From a plasmid: a DNA stretch of 64,000 nt. The stretch lies in sequence record CP063550.1; one strand, given 5' to 3'. The position numbers and the translations under genes were made by a program. Below the pieces are notes generated by a model that saw only the letters and a list, made by a program, of their open reading frames with translations, made no database searches and was not told the origin of the DNA. Shown here piece by piece: positions 20,446 through 31,201 of the stretch. Every line of letters starts with the position of its first letter. The stretch's first letter is position 1.

Positions 20446-21770
20446 GAGAGTGTAAAATATTTTGTGTAAATAGAAAAAAGGAAGTCCCTTCTGTAGAATA
20501 GAGTTACCACAACACATTCACAGAAAAGAGGACTTCCATATGAACGATTTTACTACAGAAATTCTAAAGACTCTAGCGAACAAAGGCGATTTGAATGAAT
20601 TATTCCGTGTCCATTTGGAAAAAGCTGTCAATACGCTTCTCAAAACGGAGTTAACGGCTTTCCTCGATTACGAAAAGTACGATCGCATTGGTTTTAACAC
20701 GGGTAATTCTCGTAACGGCTCCTATGACCGTACGGTCAAGACCGAGTACGGGGAACTTCATCTCCAGATTCCGCGCGACCGCAACGGCGAGTTCAAGCAA
20801 CAGACTGTTCCTGCTTATAGACGGACGAATGATACCTTAGAGGAGACCGTCATTCACTTCTTCCGAAAAGGTATTACCATGTCGGAAATCGCAGACTTGA
20901 TTGAGAAAATGTATGGGCATCACTACACGCCCCAAACCATGTCCAACATGACTAAAGTGCTGACTGAAGAAGTAAATGCATTTAAAGTTAGAACTCTAAA
21001 TGATAAGTATGTCGCTATTTTCATGGATGCTACTTATATTCCATTAAAACGGCAAACCGTCTCCAAAGAAGCAATCTATATTGCCATTGGTATACGAGAA
21101 GACGGCACTAAAGAAGTACTAAGTTATGCGATTGCTCCGACTGAATCGACCTACGTTTGGAATGAGTTGTTACAGGACATTTACTCCAGAGGGGTTCATG
21201 ATGTCTTACTGTTTATTACCGATGGCTTAAAAGGCATGAAAGATACGATTCACCAGATTTATCCTAAAGCTAAATACCAACATTGCTGTGTTCACGTTTC
21301 CCGTAATATTGCTCATAAAGTACGTGTCAAAGACCGAAAAGAAATCTGTGATGACTTTAAGGCTGTTTATCAAGCTAACTCAAAAGAAGAAGCGAATACC
21401 TTCTTATCCGGCATGATTGAGAAATGGAAGAAAAACTATCCTAAAGTGACGCAGTCACTCATAGAAAACCAAGACTTATTAACTTTTTATGATTTTCCAC
21501 CTAGCATTCGTAGAACCATTTACTCAACCAATCTAATCGAGTCTTTCAATAAGCAAATTAAAAGATACAGCCGTAGAAAAGAGCAGTTTCAAAATGAAGA
21601 ATCACTAGAACGCTTTCTAGTCAGCATTTTTGATACATACAATCAAAAATTTCTAAACAGAAGCCATAAAGGTTTTCAACAGGTAACCGATACATTAGTT
21701 TCAATGTTTACTGAGTAACTAATTATTTTGCAGGAGGACAATTTATTTACACAAAATTATTGACGCTCCC
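20446..21770 (+). mobile_element. IS256-family insertion sequence (transposase 20540-21718) with intact IRs and an 8-bp TSD, GTTACTTT.
   Basis: It is a 392-aa Mutator-type transposase. The IR gagagtgtaaaatattttgtgtaaatag has its inverted complement at 21743-21770. The direct repeats gttacttt lie at 20438-20445 and 21771-21778. Confidence 0.8.
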
Positions 21771-21820
21771 GTTACTTTTATTTTGGATAAAATTAACATT
21801 TTTAAAATTTTAAGGAGGAA

Positions 21821-22795
21821 ATGTTGATGGATGTAGCAAAAACGGTTAACGCAATTGTAGAAAAAAATGATGGAGAGATTTCTGGAATTTATTTGGTGGC
21901 TTGTGGCGGTTCGCTGGTAGATATGTATGTCTCAGATTATTTTCTTAAAGCCGAAGCATCGAAGTGTATTACAGGCTTATATACAGCGAACGAATTTAAC
22001 CATGTAACCCCAAAGCAATTAGATGATAAATCTGTTGTCATTCTATGTTCTCATGGAGGAAATACAGCAGAAACGGTAAAAGCAGGAGAAGTCGCTCAAG
22101 CTAGAGGAGCTGTGACTGTTGGTCTGACTCATAATAAAACTGCGGATTTATTAAAGGTTTCTGATCATAGTTTCCTTTACGAATGGGGAGATGATGCAAA
22201 AATAGTCAATAATCCTATGGCCATCATTCTTGATTTAACTGTATCTTTGGTCAATGTTACCGAAACATTTGAACATTACGGTAAATTCAGAGAAGGCATG
22301 AAGGTTATCGATACCGTAATTGAAAATGGCATTAAGCAGGTGCAGGATCGTATTAAAGTGTTTGCTGATAAGTACAAAGATGAAACAATGTTTTATATCT
22401 TAGGTAGTGGACCATCATATGGACATGCTTATGGTTTTTCAATTTGCTCTTTGATGGAAATGCAATGGCTTGATTCAACTTCTGTTCATTCTGGAGAATT
22501 CTTCCATGGACCTTTTGAAGTAACAGACAAAGATACGAATTTTATTCTCTTGATGAGCATTGGACGCACTCGTGCTTTAGATGAACGGGCAAAACGATTC
22601 CTTGATAAATATGCAGAAAGAGTAGAAATCGTTGATGCAAAGGAACTAGGATTGGATATGATATCAGATGAAGTTTCTGAATTCTTCAATCCCATTTTAT
22701 TCTACAGTATTCTTTCAGAATATCGTTCAGCTTTAGCAGATGTACGCAATCATGATTTAGATGTTCGTCGCTATATGGGGAAAGTGGAGTACTAG
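21821..22795 (+). CDS. SIS-domain deglycase/isomerase (FrlB-like), second copy in the window.
   Basis: It is homologous in architecture and in blocks (ACGGS..., LGSGPSYG..., SGEFFHGPFE) to the protein at 8966-9934. Confidence 0.6.
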   Translation: MLMDVAKTVNAIVEKNDGEISGIYLVACGGSLVDMYVSDYFLKAEASKCITGLYTANEFNHVTPKQLDDKSVVILCSHGGNTAETVKAGEVAQARGAVTVGLTHNKTADLLKVSDHSFLYEWGDDAKIVNNPMAIILDLTVSLVNVTETFEHYGKFREGMKVIDTVIENGIKQVQDRIKVFADKYKDETMFYILGSGPSYGHAYGFSICSLMEMQWLDSTSVHSGEFFHGPFEVTDKDTNFILLMSIGRTRALDERAKRFLDKYAERVEIVDAKELGLDMISDEVSEFFNPILFYSILSEYRSALADVRNHDLDVRRYMGKVEY

Positions 22796-22805
22796 GAGGA
22801 TTAAA

Positions 22806-23621
22806 ATGAAGGTATTAGGCTTAGGTGATAACGTCGTCGATAAATATGAAAATCTGGGAATTATGTATCCTGGAGGAAATTCATTGAATTTTGCAGTTTT
22901 TGCAAAAAAACTGGGACATGAAAGTAGCTTTATGGGAGTTTTTGGCTCAGATGAGGAGGCAGCTCATGTTTTATCAGCAATAAAAGAAATAGGACTGGAC
23001 AACAGTCACTCTCGCTTTGAAAAAGGCGAGAATGGCTGTGCCAGAGTGAAGATTGATGAGGGCGACCGGATTTTCCTTGGCAGCAATTCGGGAGGTGTTA
23101 CTCGTGAATACCCGATTCAGCTTACTGAAGAAGACAGAGAATATTTAAACCAGTTTGAATTGATTCATATGGGATTATATAGCCATGTCAATCATCTATT
23201 AGAAGAGTTACAAAATGTTTCTGGAAAGATTTCTTATGATTTTTCTGACGACTTTACGGAAGAAGAGGTTCAGCGGGCAATTGATAAAGTTGATTTTGGC
23301 TTCTTTTCTATAGAAGACTTTTCCGATGAAGAAGTAAAGCAGTTTTTGATGAAGCATTTTTGTGAGCGAAATGATGTATTGATTGCAACCCGAGGAGAAA
23401 AAACGGCTATTGGTTATGATGGAGCAAAGTTTTATGAAGTGAACCCCGTGCTAGAAGAACCAGTTGATACAATGGCAGCGGGAGATTCTTTCTTAACAGC
23501 TTTCCTACTTTATTTTCTCGAAGGGGACGATATAGTCACCGCGATGAAAAAGGGGAATGAATTTGCTGGGAAGTCTTGTCTGGTTGACGGTTCGTTCGGC
23601 TTTGGTATTCATTACGATTGA
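22806..23621 (+). CDS. PfkB-family sugar kinase (fructoselysine 6-kinase FrlD-like).
   Basis: It has an N-terminal LGDNVVDKY...PGGNSLNFAVF block and the C-terminal DTMAAGDSF (DTxGAGD) motif. Its layout is very close to the FrlD layout. Confidence 0.65.
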   Translation: MKVLGLGDNVVDKYENLGIMYPGGNSLNFAVFAKKLGHESSFMGVFGSDEEAAHVLSAIKEIGLDNSHSRFEKGENGCARVKIDEGDRIFLGSNSGGVTREYPIQLTEEDREYLNQFELIHMGLYSHVNHLLEELQNVSGKISYDFSDDFTEEEVQRAIDKVDFGFFSIEDFSDEEVKQFLMKHFCERNDVLIATRGEKTAIGYDGAKFYEVNPVLEEPVDTMAAGDSFLTAFLLYFLEGDDIVTAMKKGNEFAGKSCLVDGSFGFGIHYD

Positions 23622-23688
23622 GCTTGTTTTAAATTCCTGCATTTGATAACCTAAAGAAAGAAATCCCGGTAAAGTGGAGGTTAAAAAA

Positions 23689-24399
23689 ATGCTGGATACA
23701 AATGCACAATTACCATTGTACTTACAATTAAAAGAAATATTAAAAAATAAAATCAATACAGGGGAGTATCCCGAGAATACGAAAATTCCCGCTGAATCAG
23801 AGCTGATAGAAAGTTATGAGGTCAGCCGAATCACAGTGAGAAAAGCAGTAGAAGAACTGGTAGAAGAAGGGTACCTACTTAAAAAACAAGGGAAAGGAAC
23901 TTTTGTCAACCGGCATAAAGTTTTTCGTAAAATTGAATATATTATGGGTTTCAGTGAGAGTTGTAAATCTAATGGTTTTACACCGACTAGCATTGTTTTG
24001 GAACGCAAGATCATTCCAGCAACTGAAGGGATGGCAAAAAAACTCGATATCGCTCAAGGTGATGATGTTTTATATATCCAGAGAAAGCGAATGGCGGATA
24101 ACATCCCCATTATGTTAGAAAACAATTATTTTTCTTATGAAAGATATAGTTTCTTAATGGAGGAAGAGCTGACTGATTCTTTGTATGAAGTACTTAAAGT
24201 CCAAGGTACCTTAGCCATCAATCCTGGGGAAACTGCACTTGAAATTGTCACAGCTGATGACCAAATTGCCAAAATAATGGAAGTAGCTGTTGGGACGCCC
24301 TTTTTCTTTATGGATACTTTAATCAACGATCAAAACAACATACCAATTCATGTAGGTAATCAATATTACCTGGGAGAAGTATATCGTTTTTACTTATGA
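23689..24399 (+). CDS. GntR/HutC-family transcriptional regulator (FrlR-like; wHTH plus UTRA domain).
   Basis: It has an N-terminal GntR HTH (LPSERELAEKLGVSRITVRKAV-like) and a C-terminal UTRA-type region. Confidence 0.65.
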   Translation: MLDTNAQLPLYLQLKEILKNKINTGEYPENTKIPAESELIESYEVSRITVRKAVEELVEEGYLLKKQGKGTFVNRHKVFRKIEYIMGFSESCKSNGFTPTSIVLERKIIPATEGMAKKLDIAQGDDVLYIQRKRMADNIPIMLENNYFSYERYSFLMEEELTDSLYEVLKVQGTLAINPGETALEIVTADDQIAKIMEVAVGTPFFFMDTLINDQNNIPIHVGNQYYLGEVYRFYL

Positions 24400-24434
24400 T
24401 TTCCTGTTTGGATTTCAAGGAGTAGATTTTATTT

Positions 24435-25563
24435 ATGAAGCAAATATTGCGGTCAAAAATGATTTTTGATGGAGAGCAGCCACCTTTCAAAGGTTATATT
24501 GTAATCAATGAAGGGATCATTGAAAAGGTGGAAAACAACTGGAATTACAGTGATCTATTAAATGAAAACACGGAATTAATTGCTTATGATGATCAATTCG
24601 TTATGCCAGCAATTCATGATAATCATGTATTTTTCAGTGGTTATTTGGCTATGAATGCTGGCATAGATTTAAGCGATACATCTTCAGCTAACGAGGCTGT
24701 AGAGCGTATTAAAGCTGTAATGAACCATAAAAAAGCAGATGAACCAATTTATGCTCATGGCTGGGATGCTGCCCTGTGGAAAACTGACCCATCAGAAGAG
24801 CTATTGAATGAAATAAACCACTTTGGTCCAATCACAGCGATCGACAAAAATCGCAGCCATTGTTGGATGAATGCTATTGCTAAGCAGACTTATGGTTTTA
24901 CAGAAAAAGAAACCAGTGCTGAAAGTCGAGTATTATTAATTAAGGAAATGCTAGCAAACAAAAAGCTTTTAGCAGAGGTTTACGCTGAATTTGAAGCATT
25001 ACTGCTTTCAAAAGGTGTTATATCAATGAAAGAAATCGTTTTTGATGACGCAGAATTTCTTTCTAATATACCTCAGAGGAAAATACTTAGTAACCTATAT
25101 GTGCAGGCAGTCCAAGAACCTCTACAGCATGAACTTCTATATGAGTATAAGGAAAAAGTTTTCCCTGAAAAGGTCCGCTTTGGTGGAGTGAAGATCATGG
25201 TAGATGGTGTTGTTGCGGATAGAAGTGGAGATATTTACGGTGTTTATCAGTCAGGAGTAGCTTCACCCGAGATTGACTATGAGGCAATTAAAGCAGAAGT
25301 TGCTGCATTCAATGAAGTAGAGATTCCTTGCTGTTTGACAACGGAAGGAGATAAAGCGGGTTATAAAGCTGCGTCAATTCTTGTCGAATTTGGAAAGCGG
25401 TTACCTGAAGGCGTTTTTAATTCGATTAGTGATTTGGAAATGGTTACTCAAAAGACAGCAGAAAAAATGAACGAAGGACAAGTAGTAGCAGAGGTATATC
25501 CACAAATTCTCGGCTTGAATCAAACGTTAGAAGAGGCTTACATGTCAACTGTTATAAAAAATG
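24435..25563 (+). pseudogene. Amidohydrolase-family gene, 5' portion, interrupted by an IS256-family insertion. The 3' portion is at 27030-27408.
   Basis: The reading frame continues across the junction (...MSTVIKN | VSTEDFFNYC...SGTDLPLF...) once the IS and one copy of the 8-bp duplication AAAAAATG are removed. Confidence 0.7.
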
Positions 25564-27029
25564 AGTCAAGTCCACAATCTTGTGTAAAAGTTCAACCTCA
25601 TCAAAAGCACAATGTTTTGCGTTGTGAACCTAACTGCCATGCCTTTCTTTCTGAGGAGAGAGGTCAGGAGCAGTAGCGCAGCGACTCTTGATGTCTCTCC
25701 TCAGAAAGAAGAGACTCGCACAGGTTCATGGTGCTAAATGTTATTCGAATTAAATTCTAAATATTTTCGTGGAGAAGCCAGCCACTCAGTGTCTTTTTCC
25801 ATCAAAAGTGTTCCAATTATCCGAGTGATGGAATTGATATTTGGAAAAATCCGAATCACTCGTTCTCTCCGGCGAATCTCTTCGTTCAACCGTTCCAACA
25901 CATTGGTTGTACGAATCCTTCGGCGGATATTTTCAGGAAAAGACAAAATTTGAATAGCATCTTCAAAGCCGTTTTCTAAAATGTCGCAAGCAGCACTTAA
26001 TTTTGAATCACAACCATATTTTTCCAAGAAGTGCTCTTTTCTTTCACGTGTCAATTCAAGTTCAGAGGCTTTAAAGATACTCTTCAACTCGTCTTTTACA
26101 TCAGAAGAAACTTTCTTTGGCAGCTTATCAAAAATATTTCTCAAAAAGTGGGCTTGGCATCTTTGCCAGCTCGCACCTAAAAAGTTCTTGCGAACAGCCT
26201 TAACTAACCCTTTGTGTGCATCAGAAATGACCAGTTTTACACCGAACAAACCTCGTTGAACGAACGATTGAAAAACGGTATCCCAATTATCTTCCGATTC
26301 GCCGTCTTGAACATCAAAACCAAGAATCGTACGTCGTCCATCAGAATCAATGCCGATACCAATATATACACCTTTTGAGACAATACGATGATTTTCCCTT
26401 ACTTTCATATACAGGGCATCACACATGAAAAATGGATATTCCGAGCCTTCTAGGCTCCGGTTTCTCCACTCAAAAACAAATGGATCCAACTGTTTCATCA
26501 GATTTGAAACGAATGATTTAGAAACAGTCGCACCATCCGTTAGCAGTTCAACTGTTTTAGTTACTTTGCGAGTGGAGACACCAGAAATGACCATTTCAAT
26601 CATGGCAGCGATCAAAGCTTTTTCGCTTCGCTGATATCTTTCAAAGATAGTAGGACTAAACTTACCGTCTCTGGTTCGTGGAACATGAAGTTCTAACGTA
26701 CCAATTCGAGTTGTAAACGAACGATCGTAGTAACCATTTCTTTGTGATTGCCGTTCTTCTGAACGTTCATAGGCATTTGCCTGAATATATTGATTTCGTT
26801 GTTCTTCCATCAGCTGATTAAACATGATAGTCATAAGTGTTTTTGCGGTATCATTCGCACCGCTTTCGTTTATAATTGCTTGAATTTCTTCGCTTTCAAA
26901 AGTAAAATGTACTTGAGTCATTGATATCAGTCCTATTCGAGTATGTTTTCTGCAAAAAACATTGTACTCCTAACTGAGATCAATGGCTTTTTTGATGCTT
27001 CACTTTTACACAATTATATGGACGTAATC
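25564..27029 (-). mobile_element. IS256 or a close relative (transposase 25734-26921, 395 aa), inserted in the amidohydrolase gene with the 8-bp TSD AAAAAATG.
   Basis: The transposase N-terminus MTQVHFTFESEEIQAIINES is highly similar to IS256 Tnp. The IRs GAGTCAAGTCCACAATCTTGTGTAAAAGT (25565-) and gattacgtccatataattgtgtaaaagt (inverted complement, ends 27029) resemble IS256 IRs. TSD copies lie at 25556-25563 and 27030-27037. Confidence 0.8.
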
Positions 27030-27408
27030 AAAAAATGTTTCCACAGAGGACTTCTTTAATTATTGTCGATTAGAGGAAAGTGGTGTAACAGTCACTAGCG
27101 GTACAGATTTACCGCTGTTTATTACTGATATTCCTGAATCGATTATAAGAGCAGTATTCCGTCGTTTTCCTGAAGGAGAAGAAGTCTGGGAGAAAGAAAC
27201 AAGCTTCACGACAACCGAGCTGCTGAAAAGTTTTACAAGCAACAGCTTCAAAGTAAATGGTTTATCGGAGTACGGAGAAATAAAAGTAGGGAAAAGCGCC
27301 AGCTTAGCTGTTTTCAGCGAGGACCTCTGTACTGATGACTGGCAAAAAGTGATGGCTGCGGAAGTTATCGCTACCTATCTTGATGGTGACTTAGTTTACA
27401 AGAAATAA
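27030..27408 (+). pseudogene. Amidohydrolase gene, 3' portion (C-terminal about 125 aa), downstream of the IS insertion.
   Basis: It is in frame with the 24435-25563 part when the IS is removed, and ends ...ATYLDGDLVYKK. Confidence 0.65.
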
Positions 27409-27455
27409 TGCTTTTCGATATAACGTTATAAAACGAATTAAAGAGAGGTTAAAAA

Positions 27456-28856
27456 ATGGAAACAATGAAAAGAAAATTCACCTTCCCACATAGTTATACA
27501 TTGATTTTTATCTTAATTATTTTGGCTGCAATTTTAACTTGGATAATTCCTAGTGGTCAGTTTGAGACAGTTGTTGAAAACGTCGCAGGTATGGAAAAAA
27601 CAACGGTTGTTCCGGGAACCTATCACCAAATCGATAAGGCAGATTATGGACAAGGTTTTTCCTCTATACTAATGGCACCAGCTGAAGGGATTATTTCAGC
27701 TGTTGAGGTTGTTGCTTTTGTTCTCATCGTTGGTGGTGCCTTCGGGATTATCCTAAAAACGGGAGCCATCGATCGAGGGCTGTTTACCTTAGCAAAAGTT
27801 CTGGGAGACAAGGGGATCTTAGTTATTCCGATGTCGATGATTCTATTCAGCTTAGGAGGATCAACCTTTGGCATGAGCGAGGAAGTCATTCCCTTATTTG
27901 CGGTGTTTATTTCTCTGATGTTTTCTCTTGGCTATGATTCCATGACTGCGATCTTGATTCTATTTTTAAGTACACAAGCGGGATATGTTGGGTCGACGAT
28001 TAATCCCTTCAACGTTTTAATCGCACAGGGAGTAGCTGGCGTTTACGGAAATCCCCTGCTTTGGTTTCGGATGCTATCCTGGATTGTCATTACTGGGATT
28101 TCAATTGTTTTCACCATGCTTTATGCTAGCAGAGTCAAAAAGAATCCACTGTCCTCTATTGTTTATGAGAGTGATTTAAAGGTTAAGCATAAGTTTCAAA
28201 ATTTTGACACTGAAAAAGAGTTTTCAACACAAGATAAACTAATTATCGCCGGTTTTATCGTAGGTTTAGGAATCATGATTTGGGGTATCATTTCCAAGGG
28301 ATGGTATATGGTTGAAATTTCTGCACTATTCTTAGGATTAGGTCTTTTTGCTGGGGGCATCGCTAGATTTTCTCAAAAGGAAATTGCTGAAGCTTTTGTC
28401 GAAGGCTGTTCAGATTTCGCCTATGCTGCTGTAATCATTGGGCTAGCTAGAGGAGTCTTGGTAATCTTGGAAGGTGGAATGATTATTGACACTATTCTAA
28501 ACAGCTTGGCTAACCTTTTAGGTGGTCTTCCAAAATTCCTGTTCACTACGATTCTACTCATTTCTCAAGTAATTGTTTCCTTTTTTGTTCCATCCTCCTC
28601 AGGAGCTGCGGCATTAACGATGCCGGTTATGGCACCATTGGGTGATCTAATGAATGTAAGTCGTGATGTTGTTGTTCTAAGTAACCAGTTTGGAAATGGT
28701 TTAATGAATATTATCTCCCCAACTAGTGGTGTATTACTGGCAGGATTAGCCATCGCAGAGATTAATTTCTCTAAATGGTTTAAGGTTGGCTTCAAAATAT
28801 TTGCCATCTTAACCCTTGTTTCTGCTGTTTTGTTATACATTGCTACACTCTTTTAG
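27456..28856 (+). CDS. YfcC-family membrane transporter (putative basic amino acid/C4-dicarboxylate carrier family).
   Basis: 466 aa with about 12 TM segments. The N-terminal FTFPHSYTLIFILI...TWIIPSG block is typical of YfcC/DcuC-like proteins. Confidence 0.55.
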   Translation: METMKRKFTFPHSYTLIFILIILAAILTWIIPSGQFETVVENVAGMEKTTVVPGTYHQIDKADYGQGFSSILMAPAEGIISAVEVVAFVLIVGGAFGIILKTGAIDRGLFTLAKVLGDKGILVIPMSMILFSLGGSTFGMSEEVIPLFAVFISLMFSLGYDSMTAILILFLSTQAGYVGSTINPFNVLIAQGVAGVYGNPLLWFRMLSWIVITGISIVFTMLYASRVKKNPLSSIVYESDLKVKHKFQNFDTEKEFSTQDKLIIAGFIVGLGIMIWGIISKGWYMVEISALFLGLGLFAGGIARFSQKEIAEAFVEGCSDFAYAAVIIGLARGVLVILEGGMIIDTILNSLANLLGGLPKFLFTTILLISQVIVSFFVPSSSGAAALTMPVMAPLGDLMNVSRDVVVLSNQFGNGLMNIISPTSGVLLAGLAIAEINFSKWFKVGFKIFAILTLVSAVLLYIATLF

Positions 28857-28887
28857 TCTTAATCATCCATTAATAGGAGGCAATAGT

Positions 28888-29036
28888 TATGATTAAAATA
28901 AATCAATTAGCAGGAATGAATATCCACTATTTATTTTATTCTCTCAAAGAATTTTTCGCTTATCAACAGAAAATTGGTATTTCTTCTGTTGAACTTTGGG
29001 GAGGTGCTCCGCATTTTTTCATAGATGCTTTTACTG
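28888..29036 (+). pseudogene. N-terminal fragment of a sugar-phosphate isomerase/epimerase (TIM barrel, xylose-isomerase-like), truncated by IS1216.
   Basis: About 50 aa (MIKINQLAGMNIHY...VELWGGAPHFF) run directly into the IS6 IR ggttctgttgcaaagttt. Confidence 0.45.
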
Positions 29037-29844
29037 GTTCTGTTGCAAAGTTTTAAATCTACTATCAAATAAGGTAGAATAATAGAAAAAGATAGCAGGA
29101 GGAATGACGATGAATCATTTTAAAGGAAAGCAATTTCAGCAGGATGTGATTATTGTAGCCGTGGGCTACTATCTTCGTTATAACCTTAGCTATCGTGAAG
29201 TTCGAGAAATCTTATATGATCGTGGCATTAACGTTTCTCATACGACGATTTATCGTTGGGTGTAAGAATATGGCAAACTACTCTATCAAATTTGGAAAAA
29301 GAAAAATAAAAAATCCTTTTATTCATGGAAAATGGATGAAACGTACATCAAAATTAAAGGAAAATGGCATTATTTGTATCGAGCCATCGATGCAGATGGT
29401 TTAACCTTGGATATTTGGTTACGTAAAAAACGGGACACACAAGCAGCCTATGCTTTTCTTAAGCGGTTAGTGAAGCAGTTTGATGAACCGAAGGTTGTAG
29501 TCACAGATAAAGCCCCCTCTATTACAAGTGCCTTTAAGAAACTAAAAGAATACGGCTTTTATCAAGGGACAGAACATCGTACCATTAAATACCTGAATAA
29601 TTTGATTGAACAAGACCATCGTCCAGTAAAGAGACGCAATAAATTCTATCGAAGTTTACGCACTGCCTCTACCACGATTAAAGGCATGGAAGCCATCCGA
29701 GGATTATATAAGAAAACCCGAAAAGAAGGCACTCTCTTCGGGTTTTCGGTCTGTACTGAAATCAAGGTATTATTGGGAATCCAAGCTTAAATCATAGATA
29801 CCGTAAGGGACTTTATTCTTTATTTAAAACTTTGCAACAGAACC
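29037..29844 (+). mobile_element. IS1216-like (IS6 family) copy A, 808 bp. The transposase (29104-29790) is inactivated by a nonsense mutation, CAA to TAA, at 29263.
   Basis: It has 18-bp IRs ggttctgttgcaaagttt and aaactttgcaacagaacc. The translated ORF breaks at ...TTIYRWV* where the intact copy reads WVQEYGK. Confidence 0.85.
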
Positions 29845-29921
29845 TAAAGCATTCCCAAAGAAAACATGCTAAAATCGAGACAGAAATGATTTTCGTGTGA
29901 GGTCTGATTGGAGAGAAAATA

Positions 29922-30782
29922 ATGAACATTGAAAAATTTATTACGGCAAGAAAGGCTGCCAACTTATCTCAAAAAGAAGTGTCTGAAGGAATTTGTACAC
30001 AAGCAACATTAAGTAAATTTGAGAACAATGGTCAAGTCCCTTCGTTAAAAATTTTAATCAAATTATGTAATCGAATCAATCTTCCGTTAGTTGAACTTTT
30101 TTCTTCGATGAACGTGATCAATACACAACTTGATGAACAGCTAGAAAAAGCAGAGTTTTCACTGATTACGAGTGAATATGAACAATTGACACAGATTTTA
30201 GCAGCCATTGATCCCAAGGTAATTGACGAGTCTGAGCTGATTGCACGTTACTACTATCTAAAAGGATTTGAAATGATTTTTACGAATGCACCAATTACGG
30301 ATGTGTTGTTCCATTTTGATCAGTTGTTGATGGCAGAAACAGCCAACACGTTGTTTCGTTTATTGGCATATACAGGTATTGGAATGGTCTATGCTAGAGA
30401 AAAAGAGTTGGAAAAAGCAGAAGTTTATTTCAATCGAGTGTTTGAAAAAATTTATACGTATCCGATTCGTACAACAGAAGATATCTGGCGGGTGTTAAAT
30501 ATCGTCTTTCATTGTGGTGTTTTTTTTGCGCAAGACGGTGATTTGGAAACAAGTGATGCACTACTAAATTACGCAATCGATATTTGTTCGGATAACCATT
30601 TGACTTATTACTTAGCACGAGCTGCTGCCCAATTAGCGAAGAACGCACAGGCTAAAAATAAGTCGAAGGCAGAAGTGCTCGAATTGATTCAAGATGCACT
30701 AGCTTTTGCTAAAATTAATAAAAACAAAAAATTAATTGATGAATTAAATCATATGAAAAAAATGATACTATTGATTAACTAA
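29922..30782 (+). CDS. Rgg/GadR/MutR-family (RRNPP-type) transcriptional regulator.
   Basis: It has an N-terminal XRE-type HTH (ARKAANLSQKEVSEGICTQATLSKFENNGQVPSLKIL). The rest of the roughly 286-aa protein is helical and TPR-like, the size typical of Rgg. Confidence 0.65.
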   Translation: MNIEKFITARKAANLSQKEVSEGICTQATLSKFENNGQVPSLKILIKLCNRINLPLVELFSSMNVINTQLDEQLEKAEFSLITSEYEQLTQILAAIDPKVIDESELIARYYYLKGFEMIFTNAPITDVLFHFDQLLMAETANTLFRLLAYTGIGMVYAREKELEKAEVYFNRVFEKIYTYPIRTTEDIWRVLNIVFHCGVFFAQDGDLETSDALLNYAIDICSDNHLTYYLARAAAQLAKNAQAKNKSKAEVLELIQDALAFAKINKNKKLIDELNHMKKMILLIN

Positions 30783-31201
30783 GGAAAAAATACTTATTTT
30801 TGTTATGCTAACTTTGAAAAAATTCACCAAAGATGATTAGGGATAGACGGGTATGGCAGCAAGATAGAGTAATAAAATAAAGTCGTAATTATCGTAAAAT
30901 ACGTTACAAAGCATGCTTGATCTCCGTTTGTCGTTGCAGTATTTATTTTAAGTAGGTTAACCATCAAATAGAAAACGATAGTTAGAGGGAAATAAGCAAC
31001 ACACAAAAATGTGTTGTTTGTTTCCCTTATTTGTTTTTTACAATATAAAATTTTATATTAAAATTACCTTATTATATAAAAAAATATATAAAATCGGTTG
31101 ACAAATAAATCTAGCAGGCGTATCATCTGGTTGTGAAAACAGTAACAAAAATAAAAACTAATTACTCATGTAATCCGTAGTTCAAGTAAAGAAGGTACAA
31201 A

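Noticed and set aside
22761-22805. Upstream start (MFVAIWGKW...) for the PfkB kinase
   Set aside because: It overlaps the SIS gene. The ATG at 22806 has a perfect AGGAGG RBS and gives the conserved MKVLGLGDN N-terminus.
25648-25713. Palindrome first read as evidence that the IS256-like element had lost its right inverted repeat, which would mean a truncated IS
   Set aside because: A good IS256-type IR (GAGTCAAGTCCACAATCTTGTGTAAAAGT) was found further out at 25565, and a matching 8-bp target duplication (AAAAAATG) sits at both ends. The element is intact but has a longer 3' region containing the palindrome.
30783-31200. Search for an SHP/XIP-type pheromone gene next to the Rgg regulator
   Set aside because: Only RBS-less micro-ORFs of 11-30 aa were found, none with the hydrophobic C-terminal pattern of known SHPs. 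This is reported as an open question rather than annotated.
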